A DNA stretch of 64,000 nucleotides from Deltaproteobacteria bacterium (lineage in GTDB: Bacteria > Desulfobacterota > Binatia > UBA9968), in NCBI GenBank assembly GCA_009692615.1, contig SHYW01000004.1, positions 8,273 to 72,272 of the forward strand, in the 5' to 3' direction. The position numbers and the translations under genes are program-made. Under the pieces are notes generated by a model that saw only the letters and a list, made by a program, of their open reading frames with translations, did no database searches and was not told the DNA's origin. Within the stretch, counting starts at the first letter, position 1; every line of letters starts with the position of its first letter. Below are positions 1-8,539 of the stretch, in pieces.

Positions 1-540
1 CTTCTTCGGGTCAAGAAACGTCAGCCGCTCCGCCATCGGAGTTTCGGGAAAAACATAGCCGCAAGATTTACAGGTGCGAAGTTTCACATCGCCATTGAAC
101 TCGTTGTAGACCGCCGAGACCTGCGACGGAATATCGCCCTGGTTCACTAATCGCGAAAGCACCAAGTCGTCGCACTGCTCACAGAACCAGGCGAACTCTT
201 CTTTTTCTTCCTGGCGGCGCTTGCGCTCGATCACCAAGCCCCAAGTGTTTTCAAAGCGCCGCGGCGAATGCGGCGTGCCGCCGGGCAAAACGAAGATCTC
301 GCCTTCCTGGATGCGAAAGGATTGCCGCCGCTCGCCTTCCGGCTTGACCACCAACTCCATCTCGCCTTCGACCTGATAAAAAAACTCGTCACCCGGCTGA
401 ATATGAAAATCGAGCCGAGTATTCGGCCCGCGCAGTATCATCACGAGAAAGTCTTTGTAATGCACCAGCAGGTGATTGGTTCGGATCGGTGGATTGAACA
501 ACTGCGCGTTGTCTTTAACCCACTTCTTTAAATGGTATGT
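1..540 (-). CDS. 3-hydroxyanthranilate 3,4-dioxygenase (cupin). The start codon is at 540 and the 3' end runs off the window.
   Basis: Reverse-strand translation from 540 gives MELLSTYHLKKWVKDNAQLFNPPIRTNHLLVHYKDFLVMILRGPNTRLDFHIQPGDEFFYQVEGEMELVV...GGTPHSPRRFENTWGLVIERKRR... followed by a rubredoxin-like CEQC...CKSCG tail. This matches bacterial HAAO/NbaC architecture. Confidence 0.8.
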
Positions 541-573
541 CGAAAGTAATTCCATAAGCTAGCTCGTTGGAGT

Positions 574-600
574 ATTGGAGTACTGGAGTGATGGGTATCG
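574..600. repeat. left inverted repeat flanking the four-helix-bundle gene (ggagtattggagtactggagtgatggg)
   Basis: It matches the reverse complement of 1064-1090 (ggagtgatggagttctggaatactggagtgatggg). Confidence 0.6.
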
Positions 601-613
601 GATGGCGCCACGA

Positions 614-1063
614 CTACGTGTCAGTCTTCATTAACTTCCCGTAGTTTTCATTGCTTTCCTTTACGATAAGTGTGTCAACCCAATCTCCATTAAGTTTTTT
701 CCTCTCGAGTGTTTCAACAAGCTTCAGTAACCCGTTCTCGATCTTGAAGGCGAGTTTATTCAAAGTAACGAACTCCTCCTCGGTAATCTGTTCGGCCTCT
801 CGATACGCGTGAAATCCAGATACGTTCTCTCCAAGAGAGGCCAAAGCAATGGTTAGAAAGTTGAGGTATTCCCGAATCGACTTTCGACAATACCCCTCTG
901 CAATGTTGCGATGGACGGAATCGCTCGCCGCTATCGATTGTGAGCCGACTCGTTTCAATTCGTAAGGCAATTTACGAAACACTTGGCTAGTGAGCCGATA
1001 CAATTCGATTGAGTCTTGCCACACTCGCAGCTGTTGATAGCCGCGGTTTTTGTTCTTAAACAC
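614..1063 (-). CDS. four-helix-bundle protein (TIGR02436, 23S rRNA intervening-sequence-type protein)
   Basis: 149 aa with the motif YQQLRVWQDSIELYRLTSQVFRKLPYELKRVGSQSIAASDSVHRNIAEGYCRKSIREYLNFLTIALASLGE, typical of IVS-encoded four-helix-bundle proteins. It has a GTG start and is flanked by 25-bp inverted repeats. Confidence 0.75.
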   Translation of the reverse strand: MFKNKNRGYQQLRVWQDSIELYRLTSQVFRKLPYELKRVGSQSIAASDSVHRNIAEGYCRKSIREYLNFLTIALASLGENVSGFHAYREAEQITEEEFVTLNKLAFKIENGLLKLVETLERKKLNGDWVDTLIVKESNENYGKLMKTDT

Positions 1064-1090
1064 CCATCACTCCAGTATTCCAGAACTCCA
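1064..1090. repeat. right inverted repeat flanking the four-helix-bundle gene
   Basis: cccatcactccagtattccagaactccatcactcc is the reverse complement of the left flank with about 3 mismatches. It abuts the stop of the downstream gene. Confidence 0.6.
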
Positions 1091-1873
1091 TCACTCCATT
1101 TTTTTCAGCTTCTCGCACTCGCGGGCGACGCCGTCGGTGAGCGCCCACCAGATCGCCAGCCCTTTGCGCAGCGCTTTTATCACTCGCACTTGCAGCTCGT
1201 TGGTGGTGGCGAACTGTTCGATTAATTCATAGCCGATATTGCTGTGTTCGGTGTCGGCCTCGCCGTGCTCGGCGAAGAATTCAATATCATTCGGTTTCAA
1301 ACCGTAATGATCTCGAAAGCTTTTAAAAAAGCGCCCGCCGGTCAATTGGTTCGAATATTCGTTGCAGCAATTGGTCGAGGCCACCTGTTCGAGAATGTGA
1401 TTACTGCGCAGCGCGATATCCAACCAACCGACCCGCGCCAGCACCGTGGTCGGGAGAAAGTCCTCTTCTATCTCGCAGCGTTCCAATTCCTTGGCCGGTA
1501 TGCCGATCGCCTCGCCGTAGCGCAAGAACAAGGCGCGATGGCCGAGCACCGCGCGCGGCGAACCTTCGAAATAACTGTAGCCCACCTCGGAATGAATAAC
1601 ATCGACAAATTTTTTGTGAATCTCGGGATCGTGAATACCCGACAGTTGGCAACGCACGAGCTTGGCCGTGTTAATGGCGACGTTGTAAGCGAAAATACCC
1701 CAGGCCTCTTTGGCCCACACCCGCACCGCTTCGATGGCCAGCTTGCCTTCATAGAGGTCGAGATAAAACGGATGATAGAGCCGCGCGTGGCGCTGCTTGA
1801 CCTCGTTCATGAGGGCCTGACAAAACTCTTTCGTGGGCAGCGTCTTTCCACTTAGGACTGCTTCAACTGACAT
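1091..1873 (-). CDS. TenA/PqqC-like protein (heme-oxygenase-like fold, iron-containing redox enzyme family)
   Basis: 260-aa all-helical protein with family-level similarity to TenA/PqqC/CADD-type proteins. It sits head-to-tail with the HAAO gene. Confidence 0.45.
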   Translation of the reverse strand: MSVEAVLSGKTLPTKEFCQALMNEVKQRHARLYHPFYLDLYEGKLAIEAVRVWAKEAWGIFAYNVAINTAKLVRCQLSGIHDPEIHKKFVDVIHSEVGYSYFEGSPRAVLGHRALFLRYGEAIGIPAKELERCEIEEDFLPTTVLARVGWLDIALRSNHILEQVASTNCCNEYSNQLTGGRFFKSFRDHYGLKPNDIEFFAEHGEADTEHSNIGYELIEQFATTNELQVRVIKALRKGLAIWWALTDGVARECEKLKKME

Positions 1874-1898
1874 GTTTCACCTCTACATGAATCTTGGA

Positions 1899-1985
1899 AG
1901 GGCGGGTTTTAAACCCGCCCCTACGAATCTCATTTCTTTTTTGCGTACTTTGCGTTCTTTGCGGTTAATTGTCCGAATTCCGCTT
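1899..1985. repeat. Intergenic repeat with a perfect hairpin GGGCGGGTTTTAAACCCGCCC followed by a ttgcgtactttgcgttctttgcgg motif
   Basis: The hairpin recurs at 43908-43945. The ttgcgt..ctttgcg motif recurs at 47538-47560 and 57406-57450. Confidence 0.7.
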
Positions 1986-2421
1986 ACGCCATCCGCTGCT
2001 TTCGATTGTCGAATTTAAATTTGTTGGCGTTGCAAGCGACCTCGACGCGGTTGCCGTCGGGATCGAGAAAACTCACCGAACGATTGCCCGCCACCACCAA
2101 AGTTTCCGGCCCGCTGACGACGGGAACCTTGCGCCGCTTTAGAAGCGGACACAGCTCATCGATAATTTCGTTGCGGTCGACGTAGATGCAGAAGTGATGC
2201 AGCTTCGCCATCCCCTTGCCGCCGACGTGCTTGGCGCCTTTGGGTAATGCTTGCAGCGCGATATCGTGATGCTCACGGCCGTAACTCAAAAACGTCATCT
2301 TGGTTTGCAAGTTGCGCGCCGAGACTTTCAAGCCGAGCACCGCGGTATAAAATCGCACCGACTTCTTGAGATCCGCGACATTGAGCACGATATGACCGAG
2401 GGCGCCATTTTTCACCAACAT
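1984..2421 (-). CDS. VOC family protein (glyoxalase/bleomycin-resistance/extradiol dioxygenase fold)
   Basis: The N-terminus GHIVLNVADLKKSVRFYTAVLGL is a classic VOC βαβββ module. The start was trimmed to the Met at 2421. Confidence 0.7.
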   Translation of the reverse strand: MLVKNGALGHIVLNVADLKKSVRFYTAVLGLKVSARNLQTKMTFLSYGREHHDIALQALPKGAKHVGGKGMAKLHHFCIYVDRNEIIDELCPLLKRRKVPVVSGPETLVVAGNRSVSFLDPDGNRVEVACNANKFKFDNRKQRMA

Positions 2422-2528
2422 GCTAGCAGCATTAATGACCGGAGGCAGAACTGTCAAGCGCCGCTCGGCGACGACAACAACGATTTTCCATGTTACAACA
2501 TCAGCAGTAATCACCAAGGAATGATTAA

Positions 2529-3254
2529 ATGATCAAGACTCTGTTGTATCTTCTCGCCAGCGGCAAGTTGGGGACAGTGCTGCTCACGGGCGGTACAATG
2601 CTGTTGTCGGTGTTCGTCTACGCATGGATATTCGGCCTGCCCTACGCCGTCGGCTTTGTCCTGTTGATCTTCCTCCACGAGATGGGTCATTACGCCGCCG
2701 CTCGCCAGTGCGGCCTCAAGGTCGGCGCGCCGACGTTCATCCCATTCGTCGGCGCCTGGATCGCGCTCAAAGACTTGCCACACAATGCCGAAACCGAAGC
2801 CTACATCGGCATCGCCGGTCCCGTGGCCGGCAGCGTCGCCGCTGTCGCTTGTTATTTTCTCGCCTTGAGCTACGACAGCCGCTTGCTGCTGGCATTGTCC
2901 TACTCCGGTTTTTTTATCAATCTGTTTAACCTGATTCCGCTGTCACCCTTCGACGGCGGCCGCATCACCGCGATCATCAGCCCGCGCCTCTGGCTCCTCG
3001 GCGTGCCGATATTGATGGCGGTATTTTTCTACACGCCCAGCCCGCTGCTAATCTACATGGCGTTACTCGCCTGGCCGCAGATCAAGCGCGCCTGGCACTA
3101 CGACCCGGCGGCGCCGGAGAACGCCTTCTACTATTCGGTCAGCCCAAGAAAACGAATTCAGTACTCCGTCTGTTACCTTGGCTTGGCGGCATTTCTCGCC
3201 GTCATGAGTCACGACGTTCACGAGATGTTGGAATTGTCCCGCAGCGCTCGATGA
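2529..3254 (+). CDS. site-2 protease family (M50) zinc metalloprotease, integral membrane
   Basis: It has an HEMGHY zinc motif inside a hydrophobic helix plus an LIPLSPFDGGRI second motif, with multiple TM segments. Confidence 0.7.
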   Translation: MIKTLLYLLASGKLGTVLLTGGTMLLSVFVYAWIFGLPYAVGFVLLIFLHEMGHYAAARQCGLKVGAPTFIPFVGAWIALKDLPHNAETEAYIGIAGPVAGSVAAVACYFLALSYDSRLLLALSYSGFFINLFNLIPLSPFDGGRITAIISPRLWLLGVPILMAVFFYTPSPLLIYMALLAWPQIKRAWHYDPAAPENAFYYSVSPRKRIQYSVCYLGLAAFLAVMSHDVHEMLELSRSAR

Positions 3255-3278
3255 AAATGTCGCATCGAACTGTGTCCT

Positions 3279-3344
3279 GTACGGGCGGGGCGCGACCCGC
3301 CCTTCCCATCCACCCCTGGATACCGGCCTACGCCGGTATGACGG
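3279..3344. repeat. Intergenic double-hairpin repeat (gggcggggcgcgacccgccc ... ccacccctggataccggcctacgccggtatgac)
   Basis: There are two perfect stem-loops. The second motif recurs at 26264-26300 as ccacccctggatgccggcctgcgccggcatgac. Confidence 0.65.
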
Positions 3345-3449
3345 ATATAAAAAGTGCGTAAACCTGTCGAACCGAAACCAAGATCGCCATTGACAGCAGT
3401 TTAATCCATGGGCCATATATCGATTGCCATTCTTGTAACGAGGTAGAAG

Positions 3450-4157
3450 ATGAAAATCATGGTCGTCATGGGCGAGTATCCGTCCGAGGAAACCGAGCGG
3501 CGCCGCCAAGCGGTGCTGAAGTGCGCCACGCCGGGCACCGAGATCGGCTTCGGCGTCATCGGCGCGACCTTCTTTCGCCATTCCAATTCACAGGTCAATT
3601 CGCTTTCCGCCGGACCGCTGGTCGCCCAAGTAGCAATCAAAGCCGAAGCGGATGGCTATGACGCCGTCGTCCCCTTCGGCACGCTCGACGCCGGTGTCGA
3701 GCTGGCGCGCAATCTAGTGAAAATCCCCGTCGTCGGCGCCGGCCAATCCGTGCTTCACCTCGGCGCGCAACTGAGTAATCGTTTGGGCGTGATCGCCTAC
3801 GAAGACAAAAGCATTCCGTTCATGCGCAAACAGATGCACGCCTGGCGCGTCGCCGATTCGGTGGTCGGCATCCGCGGCATCGGCATTCCGCTGCCGGAGA
3901 GCACCAAGAATCGCGAAGCGATGCGTGGAAAGTTCCTCGAAGTCGCCCGCAGTCTGATCGCCGACTGCGACGCCGAAGTTATCGTGCCCATGGGCGTCAC
4001 CATGGTGCCGGTGCAATACTCGCCCGAGGAAATGGCCAAAGAGCTCGGCGTGCCGGTCATGGACGCCCTCAAGACCAGCATCCAAACCGCCGAGATGATG
4101 GTACGCATGGGGCTGACGCATAGCGTTAGAACTTATCCGCGGCCGCTGGAGAAATAG
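3450..4157 (+). CDS. Asp/Glu/hydantoin racemase family protein (arylmalonate decarboxylase / maleate isomerase-like)
   Basis: 235 aa with two Rossmann-like halves (VVPFGTLDAG...IPVVGAG ; VIVPMGVTMVP) typical of PF01177-type proteins. It lies upstream of the Mo-hydroxylase genes. Confidence 0.6.
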   Translation: MKIMVVMGEYPSEETERRRQAVLKCATPGTEIGFGVIGATFFRHSNSQVNSLSAGPLVAQVAIKAEADGYDAVVPFGTLDAGVELARNLVKIPVVGAGQSVLHLGAQLSNRLGVIAYEDKSIPFMRKQMHAWRVADSVVGIRGIGIPLPESTKNREAMRGKFLEVARSLIADCDAEVIVPMGVTMVPVQYSPEEMAKELGVPVMDALKTSIQTAEMMVRMGLTHSVRTYPRPLEK

Positions 4158-4200
4158 CGTTGAGCCTCGAGGTTTGAGGGCCGAGCAGCTGGGAATCGTA

Positions 4201-5070
4201 ATGAGAAACTTTGAATTAGTCGAACCGCGATCGCTAAACGAAGCCTGCGCGCTCCTCGCCAACGAGAGCGATGCCAAAGCAGTCGCCGGCGGCACGGCGC
4301 TCTTGACGATCATCAAGCAAGGCCTGCTTCTGCCGAAGTCATTGGTCAACTTGAAGAAGATCGGCGATGGATCGGCGATCGCGTTCGATCCAATCCACGG
4401 CATGCGCATCGGCGCTTTGGCGACGATCAACGAGATCGAAACCTGCGAAATTGTAAAGCAGCACTATCCTATTCTCGCCCAAGCCTGTCACGTCGTCGCC
4501 AACATTCGCATTCGTAACATGGCGACCATCGGCGGCAACCTCGCCCATGGCGATTATCAATCCGATCCGCCGACCGTGCTCGCTGCTTTGAATGCGCGCG
4601 TTGAAATCATGAGCGCGACAGGGATTCGTGAATTACCGCTCGGCGAATTCCAACGCGGCAGCTACGAAACGGCCCTCGAAGCCGGCGAGTTGATCTCCGC
4701 GGTGATCATGCCACCGCTGCCAAGCGGAATGCTGGGCCACTATGTAAAATTCACGACCGGCTCTTCGGAAGAGCGCCCCTGCGCCGGTGTCGCGGCGTTG
4801 GCGCGGTTTGAAAACGGGTTGTGCAAGGAACTGCGCCTCGCTGTCGGTGCCGTGTCGGCGAAGCCGTCGCGCATTGGCGCGGAAGCCCTCGCCAACGGCA
4901 AAGCGCTGACACCTGATTTGATCGCCACCATCGCCGCCGAGGCGGCGCGCGCCGTCGACCCGATCGACGATGTGCGCGGACCGGCCGATTACAAGCGCCA
5001 TCTGGTCGGCGTGTTAACCCGCCGCGCGATTCAAGCGCTCGCCAATGGCAAGACGGAGGCGACAACATGA
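4201..5070 (+). CDS. xanthine dehydrogenase family protein, FAD-binding (CoxM-like) subunit
   Basis: FELVEPRSLNEA...AGGTALL...IGGNLAHGD FAD-binding motifs and a CO dehydrogenase flavoprotein C-terminal domain. The stop overlaps the start of the large subunit (ATGA). Confidence 0.85.
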   Translation: MRNFELVEPRSLNEACALLANESDAKAVAGGTALLTIIKQGLLLPKSLVNLKKIGDGSAIAFDPIHGMRIGALATINEIETCEIVKQHYPILAQACHVVANIRIRNMATIGGNLAHGDYQSDPPTVLAALNARVEIMSATGIRELPLGEFQRGSYETALEAGELISAVIMPPLPSGMLGHYVKFTTGSSEERPCAGVAALARFENGLCKELRLAVGAVSAKPSRIGAEALANGKALTPDLIATIAAEAARAVDPIDDVRGPADYKRHLVGVLTRRAIQALANGKTEATT

Positions 5071-7343
5071 CCCTAGTCGGGACCAATGTCGAAATGGTCG
5101 GCGGCCGCGCCAAGGTTAGCGGCGCGGTGAGCTATGTCGCCGATATGGAATTCCCAGGCCAGCTTTACGCCAAGGCGCTGCGCAGCCCCTATCCGCACGC
5201 GAAATTGCTGCGCGTCACCGCCAGTAAAGCGGCGGCGCTGCCAGGAGTCCGCGCAGTGGTGACACGCGACGATTTAGCGGGGCTTAATCCTTACTTCGGC
5301 ACCGGCGTCGAAGATCAGCCGGTGGTCGTCATCGACAAAGTTCGCTGCGTCGGCGACATCGTCGCCGCGGTGGCCGCGGACTCAAAAGAAATCGCCGAAG
5401 AAGCGATCACGCTGATCGAAGCCGACTATGAAGAGCTGCCCGCCGCCACCGACATTCTCGCAGCCGCCAAGCCGGGCGCGCCGCTGGTGCAGGAGCAGCA
5501 TGTCGACAAAAACGCCGGCGGCAACATTCACGGCGTCTATCGCGCCGCCAGCGGTGACATCGAGCAGGGTTTCAAAGAATCCGATGAGATCATCGAAAAC
5601 ATTTATCACATTCCGCCCGTGCAGCATGGCCATATCGAACCTCACGTCGTGACGGCGCTGTGGGAGCCCAGCGGCAAGCTGATCGTGCATACGCCGAGCC
5701 AGACGCCGTCGCCGCTGCAAGAGCAGATCGCCAAGGTTTTTAAAATGCCCTTGAACCGCGTGCGCGTCATCGTGCCCTTCATCGGCGGTGGCTACGGCGG
5801 CAAGAACCACGCGCGCATCGAGCCGGTGGTGGCGTTGCTGGCGCGCAAAGCGCGCCGCCCGGTGCAGTGGATTCTCAGTCGCGAGGAAGTTTTTCTCACC
5901 GGCCGGCGCTTCGGCGCGGTGGTGAAAATAAAAACCGGCTTCAAGCGCGACGGCCGGCTATGGGCGCGCAAGGTCGAAGCCTGGTACGACATGGGCGCCT
6001 ACGCGCTGTCGGGTCCGGCGAACACGAAGAACGCGGCCATCATCGCGGGCGGCCCCTACAACATTCCCCATCGCGACTACACCACTTACGCGGTTTACAC
6101 CAACCTGCCGCCCGCCGGTCCCTACCGCGGCGTCGGCGCGTCCCATGTTTGCTGGGCCTATGAATCGGACCTCGACGACATCGCCCGGCGCTGCAACCTC
6201 GATCCGTTGGCAGTACGGCTGAAAAATCTAATTCAAGAGAACGACCGCTTCATCACCGGTGAAGCGATGATTTCCGTCGGGGTTTCGCAATGCGTCAAGC
6301 AGGTCGCGGAATCCATCGGCTGGCAAACGGGAGCGGAGCAGTCCTCGCGAAGCGATACGATTGTCCGAGGCAAAGGCCTCGCCGTCGCGATCAAGAGCAC
6401 TTCGACACCGAGCACCTCTGCCGCCAGCGTGCGGCTTAACGCCGACGGCTCGGCGGTCTTGCTCACCAGCACCTCCGACATGGGCCAGGGCGCGCAGACC
6501 GCGTTGGCACAGATCGTCGCCGATGAATTGGCGCTACCCTTCGAGCGCGTCACCGTGACTTTCCCCGATAGCGATATTACGCCCTACGACAAATCCACCA
6601 GCTCCAGCCGAGCGACCTTTCACATGGGCAAAGCGGCGCAGCTCGCCGTCGGCCAGATTCGCGATCAATTGTTTCAAGCGGGAGCCAAAGCCCTCGAAGC
6701 CCGGGTCGAAGACTTGGAGTTGCGCGATAGCCGATTGCAAGTAAAAGGCGTACCGGAAAGAAGTCTCACCTACCCGCAGCTCTTCAAAGCGATCTACGGA
6801 GAGGCCAGCGGCAGCCTATTTGGCAGCCATACATTGCGCACCGAAGGCGGCATCGATGCCCAGGGGCATGGCAAAGGTTCGTCGTTTTGGTTTTACTCCG
6901 CCGCCAGCGCCGAAGTCGAAGTAGACACCGAGACCGGCAAAGTCCGCGTCCTCCAAGTCGCCAGCGCCGTCGATGTCGGCAAAGCGGTGCATCCGATTCA
7001 ATGCGGCCTGCAAAACGAAGGCTCGGCGCTGGCCGGATTGGGCTCGGCGTTATTTGAAGAGATGCGCTACGACAACGGCCAGCCGATCAACAGCAGTTTT
7101 CTCGATTATCTCTTGCCGTCGATGCTCGATCATCCCGGTGAATTTAACTCGCTGCTCGTGGAAACGCCCCATCCCGACGGTCCCTACGGCGCCAAGGGCA
7201 TGGGCGAAGCGGCGCTACCACCGATGGCGCCGGCAATCGGTAACGCCATCGCGAACGCATTGAACGGCGTACGCGTGCGCGATCTGCCGGTGAAGCCAGA
7301 CAAGATCGTCGCCGCTTTGAGCGCGAGTAAAAAGAGAAGCTGA
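5067..7343 (+). CDS. xanthine dehydrogenase family protein, molybdopterin-binding large subunit (CoxL-like)
   Basis: 758 aa with aldehyde oxidase/xanthine dehydrogenase a/b hammerhead and Moco-binding domains (GGGYGGK, GKGMGE). Confidence 0.9.
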   Translation: MTLVGTNVEMVGGRAKVSGAVSYVADMEFPGQLYAKALRSPYPHAKLLRVTASKAAALPGVRAVVTRDDLAGLNPYFGTGVEDQPVVVIDKVRCVGDIVAAVAADSKEIAEEAITLIEADYEELPAATDILAAAKPGAPLVQEQHVDKNAGGNIHGVYRAASGDIEQGFKESDEIIENIYHIPPVQHGHIEPHVVTALWEPSGKLIVHTPSQTPSPLQEQIAKVFKMPLNRVRVIVPFIGGGYGGKNHARIEPVVALLARKARRPVQWILSREEVFLTGRRFGAVVKIKTGFKRDGRLWARKVEAWYDMGAYALSGPANTKNAAIIAGGPYNIPHRDYTTYAVYTNLPPAGPYRGVGASHVCWAYESDLDDIARRCNLDPLAVRLKNLIQENDRFITGEAMISVGVSQCVKQVAESIGWQTGAEQSSRSDTIVRGKGLAVAIKSTSTPSTSAASVRLNADGSAVLLTSTSDMGQGAQTALAQIVADELALPFERVTVTFPDSDITPYDKSTSSSRATFHMGKAAQLAVGQIRDQLFQAGAKALEARVEDLELRDSRLQVKGVPERSLTYPQLFKAIYGEASGSLFGSHTLRTEGGIDAQGHGKGSSFWFYSAASAEVEVDTETGKVRVLQVASAVDVGKAVHPIQCGLQNEGSALAGLGSALFEEMRYDNGQPINSSFLDYLLPSMLDHPGEFNSLLVETPHPDGPYGAKGMGEAALPPMAPAIGNAIANALNGVRVRDLPVKPDKIVAALSASKKRS

Positions 7344-7344
7344 A

Positions 7345-7806
7345 ATGAAACTCTCTATCGCCACGACTATCAATGGCCACAGCCAAGAGTTTCAGGTCAA
7401 CGCAAACCAAACGCTCTTGGAGCTGCTGCGCGACAAACTGAAACTCAAAGGCGCCGTCGAAGGTTGCAGCGTCGGCGTCTGCGGTTCATGCACGGTGTTG
7501 ATCGACGGCAAACCGGTCAGCTCGTGTCTTACCCTGGCGAGCAATATCGAAGACAAACAGGTCATTACTATCGAAGGCCTGTCGCAAAACGGTGAACTCG
7601 ATCCCGTGCAGCAAGCGTTCCTGAAACACCAAGCCTTTCAATGCGGCTTCTGCACCACCGGCATGATCATGGCGGTGAAAGGTTTACTGAACTCCAATGC
7701 CCATCCGAATGAAGAACAAGCGCGAGATTATCTGTCGGGCAACCTTTGCCGCTGCGGCACTTACAAAGAAGTGTTGGCGGCGGTCAAAGAGTTGGCAAAT
7801 AGTTGA
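7345..7806 (+). CDS. (2Fe-2S)-binding small subunit of the molybdenum hydroxylase (CoxS-like)
   Basis: The first cluster is CSVGVCGSCTV and the second is QCGFCTTGM...CRCGTY. Confidence 0.9.
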   Translation: MKLSIATTINGHSQEFQVNANQTLLELLRDKLKLKGAVEGCSVGVCGSCTVLIDGKPVSSCLTLASNIEDKQVITIEGLSQNGELDPVQQAFLKHQAFQCGFCTTGMIMAVKGLLNSNAHPNEEQARDYLSGNLCRCGTYKEVLAAVKELANS

Positions 7807-7890
7807 TAGAAACGGTCACTGGCAGGTTTGCATCTCGCTTGCCAACTTAACTCACCGAGTTTAAACTGCCAAAAGTTCGAGGAAGCTATT

Positions 7891-8142
7891 ATGAAAGCGC
7901 GCATCATTCAAATCGGCAAAGCAAAAGGCGTTCGACTTCCAAATAAATTGGTCAAAGTGGCCCATCTCAGGGAAGAGGTCGAACTCGCAGCGGCACCTGG
8001 GCATATCACTATTCACAGCGCCGCTCGGCCGCGCGCCGGATGGTCGGCCTCAGCCAAGCGCATGCGCGAGCGCGGCGAGGATCGGCTAGTCGCGCCGGTA
8101 CCAGCGACAAAATTCGACGAGGAAGAATGGCGGTGGCGCTAG
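7891..8142 (+). CDS. mazE: AbrB/MazE/SpoVT-family antitoxin
   Basis: MKARIIQIGKAKGVRLPNKLVKVAHL forms a swapped-hairpin β-barrel DNA-binding N-terminus. It overlaps the downstream toxin gene by 16 nt. Confidence 0.7.
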   Translation: MKARIIQIGKAKGVRLPNKLVKVAHLREEVELAAAPGHITIHSAARPRAGWSASAKRMRERGEDRLVAPVPATKFDEEEWRWR

Positions 8143-8468
8143 CTCAAACACCCGCACGCGGCGAAGTCTATTTAGTTCAGCTCGATCCAACGCGTGGAGT
8201 AGAGATCCGGAAAACCAGACCCTGCATCGTCATCTCACCCAATGAACTAAATCAACACCTGCGCACAGTAATTGTCGCGCCTTTGACCACGCAGAGTCAC
8301 GCCTATCCGTGGCGCCCACGCTGCCGATTTCAGGGCAAAGCCGGTTATGTTGTCATCGATCAGCTTCGTACCGTCGACGTCCAACGCTTGACCAAACGAC
8401 TGGGACAAATTCCGCAAAACACGCTTACTACGATACTGAACGTACTCCACGAGATGTTTGCATTTTAA
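8127..8468 (+). CDS. mazF: type II toxin MazF/PemK endoribonuclease
   Basis: GEVYLVQLDPTRGVEIRKTRPCIVISPNELN...VIVAPLTT is the canonical PemK/MazF signature. Confidence 0.85.
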   Translation: MAVALAQTPARGEVYLVQLDPTRGVEIRKTRPCIVISPNELNQHLRTVIVAPLTTQSHAYPWRPRCRFQGKAGYVVIDQLRTVDVQRLTKRLGQIPQNTLTTILNVLHEMFAF

Positions 8469-8539
8469 GTCAGGCCCAAACCTGTCGTAACTTGGCCGTC
8501 GCAAAATTTTCTACAATTCAGTGAATCGCGAATAACTCC

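Noticed and set aside
268-531. 87-aa plus-strand ORF at the window start
   Set aside because: It is antisense to the 3-hydroxyanthranilate dioxygenase coding sequence, whose minus-strand translation gives an unambiguous cupin plus rubredoxin-tail protein.
1899-1925. GGGCGGGTTTTAAACCCGCCC hairpin as a rho-independent terminator
   Set aside because: It is not followed by a T-tract on either strand and recurs at 43908 inside a composite repeat. It is better explained as a REP-type element, although a termination or stabilising role cannot be excluded.
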